From: Alphaproteobacteria bacterium
Lineage (GTDB): Bacteria > Pseudomonadota > Alphaproteobacteria > Rickettsiales > UBA1997
Assembly (NCBI GenBank): GCA_030835745.1
Contig: JAUROA010000027.1
Span: 1 to 51,906, forward strand
Length of the DNA: 51,906 nt
Direction: 5' to 3'
Shown: positions 38,497 to 47,298 of the stretch, piece by piece
How positions within the stretch are numbered: the stretch's first letter is position 1
Layout: each line of letters opens with the position of its first letter
Made by a program: the position numbers and the translations under genes
The notes under the pieces: generated by a model
What the model saw: the letters and a program-made list of their open reading frames with translations, nothing else
The model's database searches: none
What the model was told of the DNA's origin: nothing

Positions 38497-38880
38497 GTTT
38501 AGCAATAAACTATAGCGATAAACTTGATTTATAATAACCATTTGGACTCGGGGGCGGTACCCGACACCTCCACCATTACCAATAAATCTACAAGATATAT
38601 TTCTTTAATATCTTGCTAAATAAGGATGTGACATAAGAGGTTACATAAGGGGGATTACATAAGGGGGTGACATAGTTTCGACAGATGCTAAAAAAATTAA
38701 CTTTGCTCGGTTGAGATACTGCCGATTGTTATTTAACAATATCCGTTCAAAAACAATAAATGCAAATGATAACTTTGCAAATGATAATTTTGCGCCAGCT
38801 TATGCTGAAGAAGCCTTCGCATAAACTATAGTGATTTTATCGGGGTTTTCCGACCAACCTGTCAACAGAAATGGTCGGGC
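38497..38880 (+). ncRNA. ssrA: Permuted two-piece tmRNA (outer boundaries approximate)
   Basis: Acceptor piece ends TCGGG-GGCGGTA-CCCGA-CACCTCC-A-CCA (CCA ends 38575); 87-nt intervening segment; coding piece starts GGGGGTG (38663) and pairs the acceptor stem with a G3.U70 pair; tag 38762-38824 ANDNFANDNFAPAYAEEAFA*; CCTGTCAACAGAA pseudoknot-like 3' region. Confidence 0.95.
38620..38671 (+). repeat. Four degenerate 12-14-bp tandem copies spanning the tmRNA 5' processing site
   Basis: ATAAGGATGTGAC / ATAAGAGGTTAC / ATAAGGGGGATTAC / ATAAGGGGGTGAC. Confidence 0.8.
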
Positions 38881-38982
38881 TCTTAAAAAAAGTTCAAAAA
38901 ATCTTGAAAATTAAACAATTTTAGTGGACTAAAAAAAATCACTTTTTAAAAAGACACTATAATTAATTTTATTTTTAACATA

Positions 38983-39483
38983 ATGCAGGACTTAATAGGT
39001 TATGATGATATTATTGAATCTTCTATGAGATCAGTAATTCAGGAAACTTTAAAAAAAATTGAAAAAACAGGCCTTCCAGGAAATCATTATTTTGTAATAA
39101 CTTTTATGACGCGTTTTCCTGAAGTTAAAATCTCACAAGAACTAATGCACCAATATCAAGATGAAATGACTATTGCAATACAATATCAATATAAATCATT
39201 GAAAGTTCATGATGATTTCTTTCAAATATCTCTTAGCTTTAAGGGAAAATATGAAAACTTATCAATACCATATAAATCAATAACTTCATTTGCTGATCCT
39301 TCTATGAATTTTGCCTTAAAATTCAGTATGAATTATGACTTATTTGACAATATTAATAAAATCAAAGAAGAAGATAAAATTGGCGCAATAAAAACTACAA
39401 AAAGTAAGAAAAAAGATAAAATTGACCTCTCGGCAAAAGTTGTATCCCTTGATGATTTCAGAAAAAGCGCCAAGGATAAATAA
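38983..39483 (+). CDS. sspB: ClpXP adaptor SspB (alphaproteobacterial type)
   Basis: IGYD, GLPGNHYFVITF.T, EMTIAIQYQY, F.DPS..F.L.F and C-terminal KVVSLDDFRK; directly after ssrA. Confidence 0.93.
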   Translation: MQDLIGYDDIIESSMRSVIQETLKKIEKTGLPGNHYFVITFMTRFPEVKISQELMHQYQDEMTIAIQYQYKSLKVHDDFFQISLSFKGKYENLSIPYKSITSFADPSMNFALKFSMNYDLFDNINKIKEEDKIGAIKTTKSKKKDKIDLSAKVVSLDDFRKSAKDK

Positions 39484-39492
39484 TATATCAAA

Positions 39493-40083
39493 ATGATAAT
39501 ACAAATAATATTCTTAATAATCACTTACCTTATATCATCTATAGCATTTGGTCTTTTTTTAGGTAAAATATTTGCTAAAATAGATATTAGGGAGCATGGA
39601 TCAAAAAATATTGGCGCAACAAATGTAGCACGAGTTACAAATAAAAAATTAGGACTTGCCACATTATTATTAGACGGTCTAAAAGGCGGTGCTATGGTAA
39701 TAATTGCACGCTTAATATTTTATAACTCAGATAACCTTGAAATATTTCTTATTATTGTTGCAGCCATTGCTGTTATTGGTCATATATTTCCAATTTATTT
39801 AAAATTTAAGGGCGGCAAGGGGGTTGCCACATCCATTGCAACTATAATGGCACTTGACCCATATATTGGAGTTGCAATTTCTTTAATTTGGATAGTTGCA
39901 TTTATTTTATTTAGAATTTCTGCAATATCATCTCTTACGGCAATTTTCTCGGCAATAATAATTTCTATTTTTTACAATTCTATTGCCTATAATGTCTTTT
40001 ATTTTTTATTATTTATATTATTATTATTTCGTCATAAAGATAACATAACTCGTTTAATTCAAGGTAGTGAAAATAAATTATGA
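39493..40083 (+). CDS. plsY: Glycerol-3-phosphate acyltransferase
   Basis: DIR..GS.NIGATN..R, D.LKG, GHIFP..LKFKGGKGVAT, RH.DNI.RL..G.E. Confidence 0.97.
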   Translation: MIIQIIFLIITYLISSIAFGLFLGKIFAKIDIREHGSKNIGATNVARVTNKKLGLATLLLDGLKGGAMVIIARLIFYNSDNLEIFLIIVAAIAVIGHIFPIYLKFKGGKGVATSIATIMALDPYIGVAISLIWIVAFILFRISAISSLTAIFSAIIISIFYNSIAYNVFYFLLFILLLFRHKDNITRLIQGSENKL

Positions 40084-40778
40084 ATGATAATCTAATTGTT
40101 GCTTTAGATGTTGCAGATATATATAGCGCAAAAAAAATAGTGGAACAAATAGGAGATAAGGTCAATTTTTATAAAATTGGTCTAGAATTTATGATGTCTG
40201 GAGATTTTTTTAATATGATCGAGTGGCTTAAAATTAAAGAAAAAAAAATATTTGCCGACCTTAAACTATATGACATTCCCCAAACTATAAGTAAAGCCAT
40301 TAAAAATTTAAGCCAATATCACATCGATATTATTACCATTCATAGTGCTAATCGGTCAATTATGGAGGCAGCATGTCTTTACAAGAGAAAGACAAAAATA
40401 ATTGCAGTTACAGTTCTCACTAGCCTTGATCGCTCAGATATATATAGGATGGGTTTTGAGCAAAATATATCAATTGAAGATCTAGTGATAAAAAAAACAG
40501 ATTTAGCAATTAAATCAGGAGTTGATGGCGTTGTTGCTTCTGGAATTCAAGCAAAAAATATACGCAATAATTTTGGACAAGACTTTCTTATTGTTAGCCC
40601 CGCAATAAGACTTAATAAAATTGCTAATGATGATCAAAAACAAGTATGCGACGTTAAAACTGCAATAAAAAATGGTAGCAACCATATTGTTGTTGGAAGG
40701 CCTATAATTAAAAATAAAAACCCATTAATTGCTGCTGGAAATTTTCAACAAGAAATAAGCAAAGCTCTGATATCATGA
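40080..40778 (+). CDS. pyrF: Orotidine 5'-phosphate decarboxylase
   Basis: IVALD, KIG, DLKLYDIPQT, VTVLTS, DDQKQ, VVGRPI. Confidence 0.97.
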   Translation: MNDNLIVALDVADIYSAKKIVEQIGDKVNFYKIGLEFMMSGDFFNMIEWLKIKEKKIFADLKLYDIPQTISKAIKNLSQYHIDIITIHSANRSIMEAACLYKRKTKIIAVTVLTSLDRSDIYRMGFEQNISIEDLVIKKTDLAIKSGVDGVVASGIQAKNIRNNFGQDFLIVSPAIRLNKIANDDQKQVCDVKTAIKNGSNHIVVGRPIIKNKNPLIAAGNFQQEISKALIS

Positions 40779-42271
40779 AATTAAAAGATATTTTATCTAA
40801 AATTAATCACAAATTTCCTGAAAATCTTAACAATCTCAACCCTGCTATTTCTTCAATAGAAATCGATTCAAGATTAGTTAAAAAAAACTCTATTTTTTTT
40901 GCCCTCCCTGGCATTAACTCTCATGGCGCAGATTTTGTCGATCAAGCCATTAAAAATGGTGCTTGTGTAATATTTTGTGATCGCGATATTGAGCGCAAAA
41001 TAACTTCAAACAATATTATTTTTATTAAATGTGACAATATATTTGAAATATTAGTCAATTTTTTAAAAATATTCTATTACCCTATTCCATCTAATATTTT
41101 TGCCGTTACTGGAACAAATGGCAAAACATCAACAGCAGAATTTATTAGACAAATTATCAATTTCTGTAATTATGAATGTGCTTCAATTGGAACTCTTGGA
41201 GTAAATTGTAGCAAAGATCTTAAAAATATTGTAAATTCCAACCTAACATCTCCAGACATAGTTTCGCTTTATAAAAACTTAAATAATTTTAAAAAAAATA
41301 ATATCGATAATGTTGTGTTTGAAGCTAGCTCCATTGCCTTAGATCAAAATAGAATTGCTGGTATTGAAATTAATAGCGCAATTTTTACTAATTTTACCCA
41401 AGATCATCTTGATTACCATAAAAATATGGTTAATTACTTCAAATGCAAAATGCTATTATTCAATAAATTTGCAAATAAAAGTACTAAAGCCATAATTAAT
41501 GCTGATATTAAAGAATATCAAGAAATATCAAAAATATGCTCAAAACAAAATCTTAAAATTTCTGATTATGGCGTTAATGCAAAAAGCTTTAAAATTAAAT
41601 CAATAGTAAAAAATAAAGACCATCAAGAAGTATCTCTAATAATAAATGACGTAAATTATAAATTCAAGATTGCCACTATTATCAATTATGAAGCAATTAA
41701 CATTATTTGCGCCTTATCATCAGTTATAGATAATTTTAATTTAAATAATAAACAAATTTTAGAATTACTACCAAAATTATCCAAAATTAATTCTGCGCAA
41801 GGAAGGATGCAAAAAATTGCCACTCTTAAAAATAATGCTAGCATATATATTGACTTTGCCCATACCCCAGACTCGATTGAAAATGTATTAAAACAAGCAA
41901 GATTAATTGCTAAATCAAAATTAATTATATTATTTGGCTGTGGTGGCAATAGAGACACATCAAAAAGAAGTAAAATGGGCAAAATATCATCTAATTTAGC
42001 TGATCTTGCAATTATTAGTGATGATAATCCAAGATTTGAAGATGCTAATCAAATTAGAAAAGATATAATTAAAGGTTGCATCAAAAATAAATTTATTGAA
42101 ATTGCAGATAGAAAAAAAGCCATTCACGAAATAATATTAAAGCTTGAAAAAGATGATATTTTAATATTAGCTGGTAAAGGTCATGAAAATTATCAAATTA
42201 TTGGTGATAAAAAAATAGCATTTAGTGAGGAAAAAATTGTTAAAGAATTTATCAAAAAAACTAAATTTTAA
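40775..42271 (+). CDS. murE: UDP-MurNAc-tripeptide synthetase (meso-DAP type)
   Basis: DSR, TGTNGKTS, TNFTQDHLDYH, DFAHTPD, FGCGG.RD, DNPR, AGKGHE. Confidence 0.97.
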   Translation: MKLKDILSKINHKFPENLNNLNPAISSIEIDSRLVKKNSIFFALPGINSHGADFVDQAIKNGACVIFCDRDIERKITSNNIIFIKCDNIFEILVNFLKIFYYPIPSNIFAVTGTNGKTSTAEFIRQIINFCNYECASIGTLGVNCSKDLKNIVNSNLTSPDIVSLYKNLNNFKKNNIDNVVFEASSIALDQNRIAGIEINSAIFTNFTQDHLDYHKNMVNYFKCKMLLFNKFANKSTKAIINADIKEYQEISKICSKQNLKISDYGVNAKSFKIKSIVKNKDHQEVSLIINDVNYKFKIATIINYEAINIICALSSVIDNFNLNNKQILELLPKLSKINSAQGRMQKIATLKNNASIYIDFAHTPDSIENVLKQARLIAKSKLIILFGCGGNRDTSKRSKMGKISSNLADLAIISDDNPRFEDANQIRKDIIKGCIKNKFIEIADRKKAIHEIILKLEKDDILILAGKGHENYQIIGDKKIAFSEEKIVKEFIKKTKF

Positions 42272-45200
42272 TATTAATTTCAACGACCTTTATCAGGAAG
42301 ATAAATTGCTTGTAATTAATAATAAATTTATAGAATTTACCCATAGCAAAAATCCCAAAATAGCAAAATTAATTAATTCTGACTCTCTAAATAGCCAAGA
42401 TATCATTGAAATTGCTATAATTCTTGAAGAATTTCTTGTATCTTTATTTAACATAAAAAAACAAAATGATGCATTAATTGCTAATCACAATAATTTAGCA
42501 ATAATTTATCAGGCAAAAAAATCATATATTCAAAAGGTAATTTCAAAAGAATTTGATAAATCATATCCAAATTTTAGTGGCTTTGACTATTTAACAAAAA
42601 ATAAAATATCTAAAAATCATGATATTGACCAAATTGAATTAATAATAGCGCAAAAAATAATAGACTCGCCTATAGATATTGAATTAAAAAAATATTGCAG
42701 CTGGGCTTTATACCACAAGGATGGCAAGGATTTTCACAGTGATGGAGCATTATTTAATTTGGCAAAAAAATTAGATTTTAATAATCTTGCATCAAATATA
42801 TCAAAATCAACAATCAACCCTAAAGAAAGAGGTTTTGATTTAACCGATAAAGGATTTTCATTAAATAAAACCCTTGGTCAAGCTAATTATTGCATATTTT
42901 GCCATAAACAAAATAAAGATTCTTGTCGAACAGGTATTGGTGAAAATAATAATTTCAAAATTAACAAAATTAATAATATATTATCTGGATGCCCATTAGA
43001 TGAAAAAATATCTGAAATGAATTTGCTCAAATCTAATGGCTTATCAATTGCAGCATTAGCAGTTGCAACAATAGATAATCCAATGATTGCAGGAACCGGG
43101 CATCGAATTTGTAATGATTGTATGAAATCATGTATTTATCAAAAGCAAGATCCTGTTGATATACCGCAAATTGAGAGCAGAATATTAAAAGATGTTTTAT
43201 CCCTACCCTATGGATTTGAAATATATTCTTTGCTAACTAGATGGAACCCATTAAATTTTAATAAAAATCATTATCATAAAGATAATATTAATAAAAAAAT
43301 ATTAATATGCGGCCTTGGACCAGCAGGATACAGCCTTGCTCATAATTTACTTAATAAAGGATATCACATTATTGCAATTGATGGCCTAAAAATTGAACCT
43401 CTAAACCCAGAAATATCAGGAGTTGATTTCATGGGTAATAAATGCAACTTCAAACCAATAAAATATATTGATGAAATATATGAACCACTATCAAAAAGAC
43501 AAATTACTGGCTTTGGTGGGGTTGCTGAATATGGAATTACTGTCAGATGGGACAAAAACTACTTAAAAATTATTAGATTACTATTGGAGCGTCGTAATAA
43601 TTTCCAGATGTTTGGAGGAATTAGATTTGGCTCGTCAATAACTGATCAAATAGCGTTTAATCATTATAATTTTGACCATATTGCATTATGTATCGGCGCT
43701 GGAAAGCCAAAAATAATTGATATTGAAAATAATTTTGCCAAAGGAATAAGATTGGCCTCTGACTTTCTTATGTCTTTACAATTAACCGGGGCTTTTAAAG
43801 AAGAATTATTCACTAATCTACAAATTAGACAACCTATTATTGTAATAGGTGCAGGATTAACAGCAATTGACAGCGCCTGTGAAGCGCAATCTTATTATTT
43901 TACTCAAATAAAAAAATTTGCTAAAAAATATGAAATTTTAGGCCATGATAATATTTGGCCACTCCTTAATGAAGAAGAAAAAATAATAGCTCAAGAATTT
44001 CTTGATGATTATAAAAATATTAAAAATAAAAAATTAATCCCAACGAAAATTCTCTACCGTAAAACAATCCAAGAATCACCAGCCTATCGTCAAAATCATG
44101 AAGAATTAATCAAGGCCTTTGAACAATCAATTGAATTTATTGAATTAAAATCCCCTAAAAAAGCAATTTTAGATAAATTTAATCATATTAAAGCTATAAA
44201 ATGTCATGATAATGAAATATATGAGTGTAAATCTTTAATAATTGCCGCTGGAACATCTCCAAATATTTCTCCAGTAACTCAAGATAATATAGATATAAAT
44301 ATTAAAGATAAATTCTTTAGCACAATTAAATCAAAAGAAAATTACCAATTTATTGCCAAAAAAGAATCAAATAAATCAATTAGTTTTTTTGGCGATCTTC
44401 ATCCTAAATTTGAAGGCAGTGTTGTTAAAGCTATGGCTAGCGCTAAGATTGGATCAAAAGAAATTATTAATATTCTTGAATCCACACCGAAAAAACAAAT
44501 AAATTTTCAAGAATTTTACAATAAAATTTCAAATGATTTCATAGCCCATATTCATAAAATTGAAAAATTATCACCAAATATTATTCAAATTATTGTTAAG
44601 GCAAAATTAGCGGCAAAAAATTGTAAAATTGGCCATATTTTTAGATTACAAAATTATCATTATCATGCCAAGAAAGTTAAAGACCAAATTATTGCAATGG
44701 AAGGAATAGCTCTCACGGCAATTGATATTGATCGTAAAAATGGGCTAATTACTGGCATAATCATAGAAGCTGGAGGCTCGACAAATTTAGTCAAAAATTT
44801 TATAATCAATGAACCCTGTATTTTTATGGGTCCTTCTGGCAAAGCATCTAAAATTGCTAAAAATAAAAATGTAATTCTCATTGGCTCAGGAAGAGGTAAT
44901 CAACCCCTTGCTAAATTAGCCCAAATCTATAAGAAAAATGGTTGTAAAGTAATATTTTTTGCCGCATTTAGAAATAATATTGAGATAGCAAATTTAGCAA
45001 AAATGCAACAATCTTGCCTTGAGCTAATATTGGCAATTGAAAATGAACAGCCAAAAATTATCCATAATACACCAAATACTCAGCTATTTCATGGCAAGAT
45101 AATTGACGCAATTAAAAATTATGTTATCAAAAATAATAATATCAATATTGATCTAATCTTTACTATTGGTAATAATTATTTAATGGATCAAATTGCTAAA

Positions 45201-45482
45201 TTAAGACATGATGGTGATATTTTAGCCTTTAAAAATGCCAAATATGCAATTGCCAATCTTAATTCACCAATGCAATGCATGATGAAAGGAGTTTGCGGAC
45301 AATGTCTTCAGAAAAAAATATTAAAAAATGGCAAAATCCAATATTATTTTTCATGCGCCAACCCCGATCAAAATATCGACGAAATAGACTTTCAGCATCT
45401 ACATTATCGTATAGAGCAAAACTCTCTTTCTGAAAAAATTACCAAATTATGGATTAAATATTTAGAACTAAACTCATTTTGA
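42237..45482 (+). CDS. GltD/NfnB-like Fe-S flavoprotein fused to an NfnA/PyrK-like FNR-[2Fe-2S] domain
   Basis: Cys clusters CIFCH..DSC, GCP, RICNDCMKSC; dinucleotide motifs GLGPAG and GAGLTAID; C-terminal MGPSG and SPMQCMMKGVCGQC..C. TTG 42237 with GAGG 6 nt upstream is the likely start. Confidence 0.85.
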   Translation: MLKNLSKKLNFNINFNDLYQEDKLLVINNKFIEFTHSKNPKIAKLINSDSLNSQDIIEIAIILEEFLVSLFNIKKQNDALIANHNNLAIIYQAKKSYIQKVISKEFDKSYPNFSGFDYLTKNKISKNHDIDQIELIIAQKIIDSPIDIELKKYCSWALYHKDGKDFHSDGALFNLAKKLDFNNLASNISKSTINPKERGFDLTDKGFSLNKTLGQANYCIFCHKQNKDSCRTGIGENNNFKINKINNILSGCPLDEKISEMNLLKSNGLSIAALAVATIDNPMIAGTGHRICNDCMKSCIYQKQDPVDIPQIESRILKDVLSLPYGFEIYSLLTRWNPLNFNKNHYHKDNINKKILICGLGPAGYSLAHNLLNKGYHIIAIDGLKIEPLNPEISGVDFMGNKCNFKPIKYIDEIYEPLSKRQITGFGGVAEYGITVRWDKNYLKIIRLLLERRNNFQMFGGIRFGSSITDQIAFNHYNFDHIALCIGAGKPKIIDIENNFAKGIRLASDFLMSLQLTGAFKEELFTNLQIRQPIIVIGAGLTAIDSACEAQSYYFTQIKKFAKKYEILGHDNIWPLLNEEEKIIAQEFLDDYKNIKNKKLIPTKILYRKTIQESPAYRQNHEELIKAFEQSIEFIELKSPKKAILDKFNHIKAIKCHDNEIYECKSLIIAAGTSPNISPVTQDNIDINIKDKFFSTIKSKENYQFIAKKESNKSISFFGDLHPKFEGSVVKAMASAKIGSKEIINILESTPKKQINFQEFYNKISNDFIAHIHKIEKLSPNIIQIIVKAKLAAKNCKIGHIFRLQNYHYHAKKVKDQIIAMEGIALTAIDIDRKNGLITGIIIEAGGSTNLVKNFIINEPCIFMGPSGKASKIAKNKNVILIGSGRGNQPLAKLAQIYKKNGCKVIFFAAFRNNIEIANLAKMQQSCLELILAIENEQPKIIHNTPNTQLFHGKIIDAIKNYVIKNNNINIDLIFTIGNNYLMDQIAKLRHDGDILAFKNAKYAIANLNSPMQCMMKGVCGQCLQKKILKNGKIQYYFSCANPDQNIDEIDFQHLHYRIEQNSLSEKITKLWIKYLELNSF

Positions 45483-45532
45483 AGCTTCTAAAACAGATCT
45501 AACTGAAGATGATGTAGCAGCGGCTATATTAC

Positions 45533-46414
45533 CTATGAATCAACATATTTATTATCAAACTCTTCGATCAATATTTTGACGTCAATTTGCTTTGAAAAAT
45601 TGCTTAAAATATCCTGAAAAGCAACATCTAATTGATCAATCTCAGATATTAAATTTTTATAATCTCTAACTTCTAAGAGATTTTGAGCCGAAAAAATAAA
45701 TTTCTCAATTTTACTTAATGATTTATTATTTTTTGAACCTTTTATTAATATTAAACTATTTAAATTAAATCTAAATTTATTAATAAATCCATCTTCTGGA
45801 TTATTTCTGCCCCTTGCGATTAATTTTGGCGATATATTTTTAAAATTATCTGATAATATTTTGTCATTTTGATAATATTTTACAATTTTTTCAAATTTAG
45901 TTATATCATCTTCAAAACCACTATTGATTAATTGATCTTTTAAAAATGTAAATTCTTTTGATAAATCTTTATTTAATAATAATTTATCTTTGAATTTAAG
46001 ATAAGAAAGAGATAATTTATATTTATTTAAATCTTCATCTACATATTCTTTATTATTGCTAAATAATCCTTGATCAATAATAACATCTGTAATTACATCA
46101 TTAACAATTTCATTAGCCATATTTGCAATCTCTACATCTACATCTTTATTTTTATCAGCTTCAATTTTAATAGAATCTTTATTATCTACTTGCTGCCATT
46201 TAGTTGAAATTTTTTCTAAATAGCTTATATTTTTTGTTTTTCCTTCTTCGTGAAATGAGTAAATCAAAATAAAAATAATAATAAAAATTATTAGAATAAT
46301 GCCTCTTTTAACAAAATTATCCTCGCTATTTAATTTCTTGCTATCTTTAACCTCTTCATTGCCATTTTCTTGAAGATTAGTATTGATATCTTCTTTTTTA
46401 CTATTATTTATCAT
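45533..46414 (-). CDS. Mitofilin/Mic60 (COG4223)-like membrane protein
   Basis: Single N-proximal TM, helical middle, C-terminal pattern resembling the mitofilin domain; overlaps the hemD stop. Confidence 0.55.
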   Translation of the reverse strand: MINNSKKEDINTNLQENGNEEVKDSKKLNSEDNFVKRGIILIIFIIIFILIYSFHEEGKTKNISYLEKISTKWQQVDNKDSIKIEADKNKDVDVEIANMANEIVNDVITDVIIDQGLFSNNKEYVDEDLNKYKLSLSYLKFKDKLLLNKDLSKEFTFLKDQLINSGFEDDITKFEKIVKYYQNDKILSDNFKNISPKLIARGRNNPEDGFINKFRFNLNSLILIKGSKNNKSLSKIEKFIFSAQNLLEVRDYKNLISEIDQLDVAFQDILSNFSKQIDVKILIEEFDNKYVDS

Positions 46415-47123
46415 AATAATTTCTTATAATGTTAATATTTTTATATATTTCAGTATTATTAAACCACATATTATTATCAATATTTTTAACCATATCTGCT
46501 ATTTGACTACTAAAGCATATAATTTTACTTTCTTTGAATTTTTCAACTAAATTATGCCTCTTTGCTAAATTATAAAAAATTTTAGCACTATTTTGCGAGT
46601 ATAGCAAAATATATAAAAAATTTATATCTTTAATATTGGCTAAAAATTCTTTAGAAAAAGATCTAAATTCATTTGTTTTATAGCAAATAACTTCAAATAT
46701 GTCGTAACCACTCATGATTAGATCTTTCGTTAAATCATAACTTATATTTTGACCTCGTAAATAGCATAATTTATAATTTTTACTATTTTTATCCTGCTTT
46801 ATTTTTTTAATTAAAGATAATACCGATCTATCACGAGCAACCTCAATATTATTATAACCATTTTTCTTTAATATTTCACAACTTTGATTGCCAATAGCAT
46901 ATATTTTAATATTTTTGGCAAATTTATTTAACAATATCGTATTGCAAGAGTTAAAACTTGTGATTATTAATGACGAAATAATGTTTTTATTGTTAATTTT
47001 GTAATTAATTTGCTCAACATCAAATAAAGGTTCGTGATAAATATGATAACCTTCTTTAATCAAATATTGTGAAAATAATTTTGATCTTTGATATGACCTC
47101 ATTATTAAAATATTTTTTAACAT
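46404..47123 (-). CDS. hemD: Uroporphyrinogen-III synthase
   Basis: ILIMR, EPLF, IITS.NS, YAIG..S, YLRG..I..DL, CYKT, LLYS.NSA. Confidence 0.85.
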   Translation of the reverse strand: MLKNILIMRSYQRSKLFSQYLIKEGYHIYHEPLFDVEQINYKINNKNIISSLIITSFNSCNTILLNKFAKNIKIYAIGNQSCEILKKNGYNNIEVARDRSVLSLIKKIKQDKNSKNYKLCYLRGQNISYDLTKDLIMSGYDIFEVICYKTNEFRSFSKEFLANIKDINFLYILLYSQNSAKIFYNLAKRHNLVEKFKESKIICFSSQIADMVKNIDNNMWFNNTEIYKNINIIRNYYDK

Positions 47124-47298
47124 AGAAACTTGATAAGTTAAATCATTAATTGTAACATTTGTCGACTATACAAATAAGTAAGGCAAAATTAAAATGATTA
47201 TAAGTTAAATTATTAATAATTAAGCTTGCTAGATTAATATTAAATATTAAAAAATTAATTTATATAGTTAATAAATAATAAATAAATTTATTCAAAAA

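Noticed and set aside
42225-45482. Glutamate synthase call
   Set aside because: No gltB partner in the window, and the extra FNR/[2Fe-2S] module points to an Nfn-like enzyme.
45483-45532. Coding-looking spacer (EASKTDLTEDDVAAAILP on +, AAATSSSVRSVLEASK on -)
   Set aside because: Both frames have in-frame stops just upstream and no start; at most a gene remnant.
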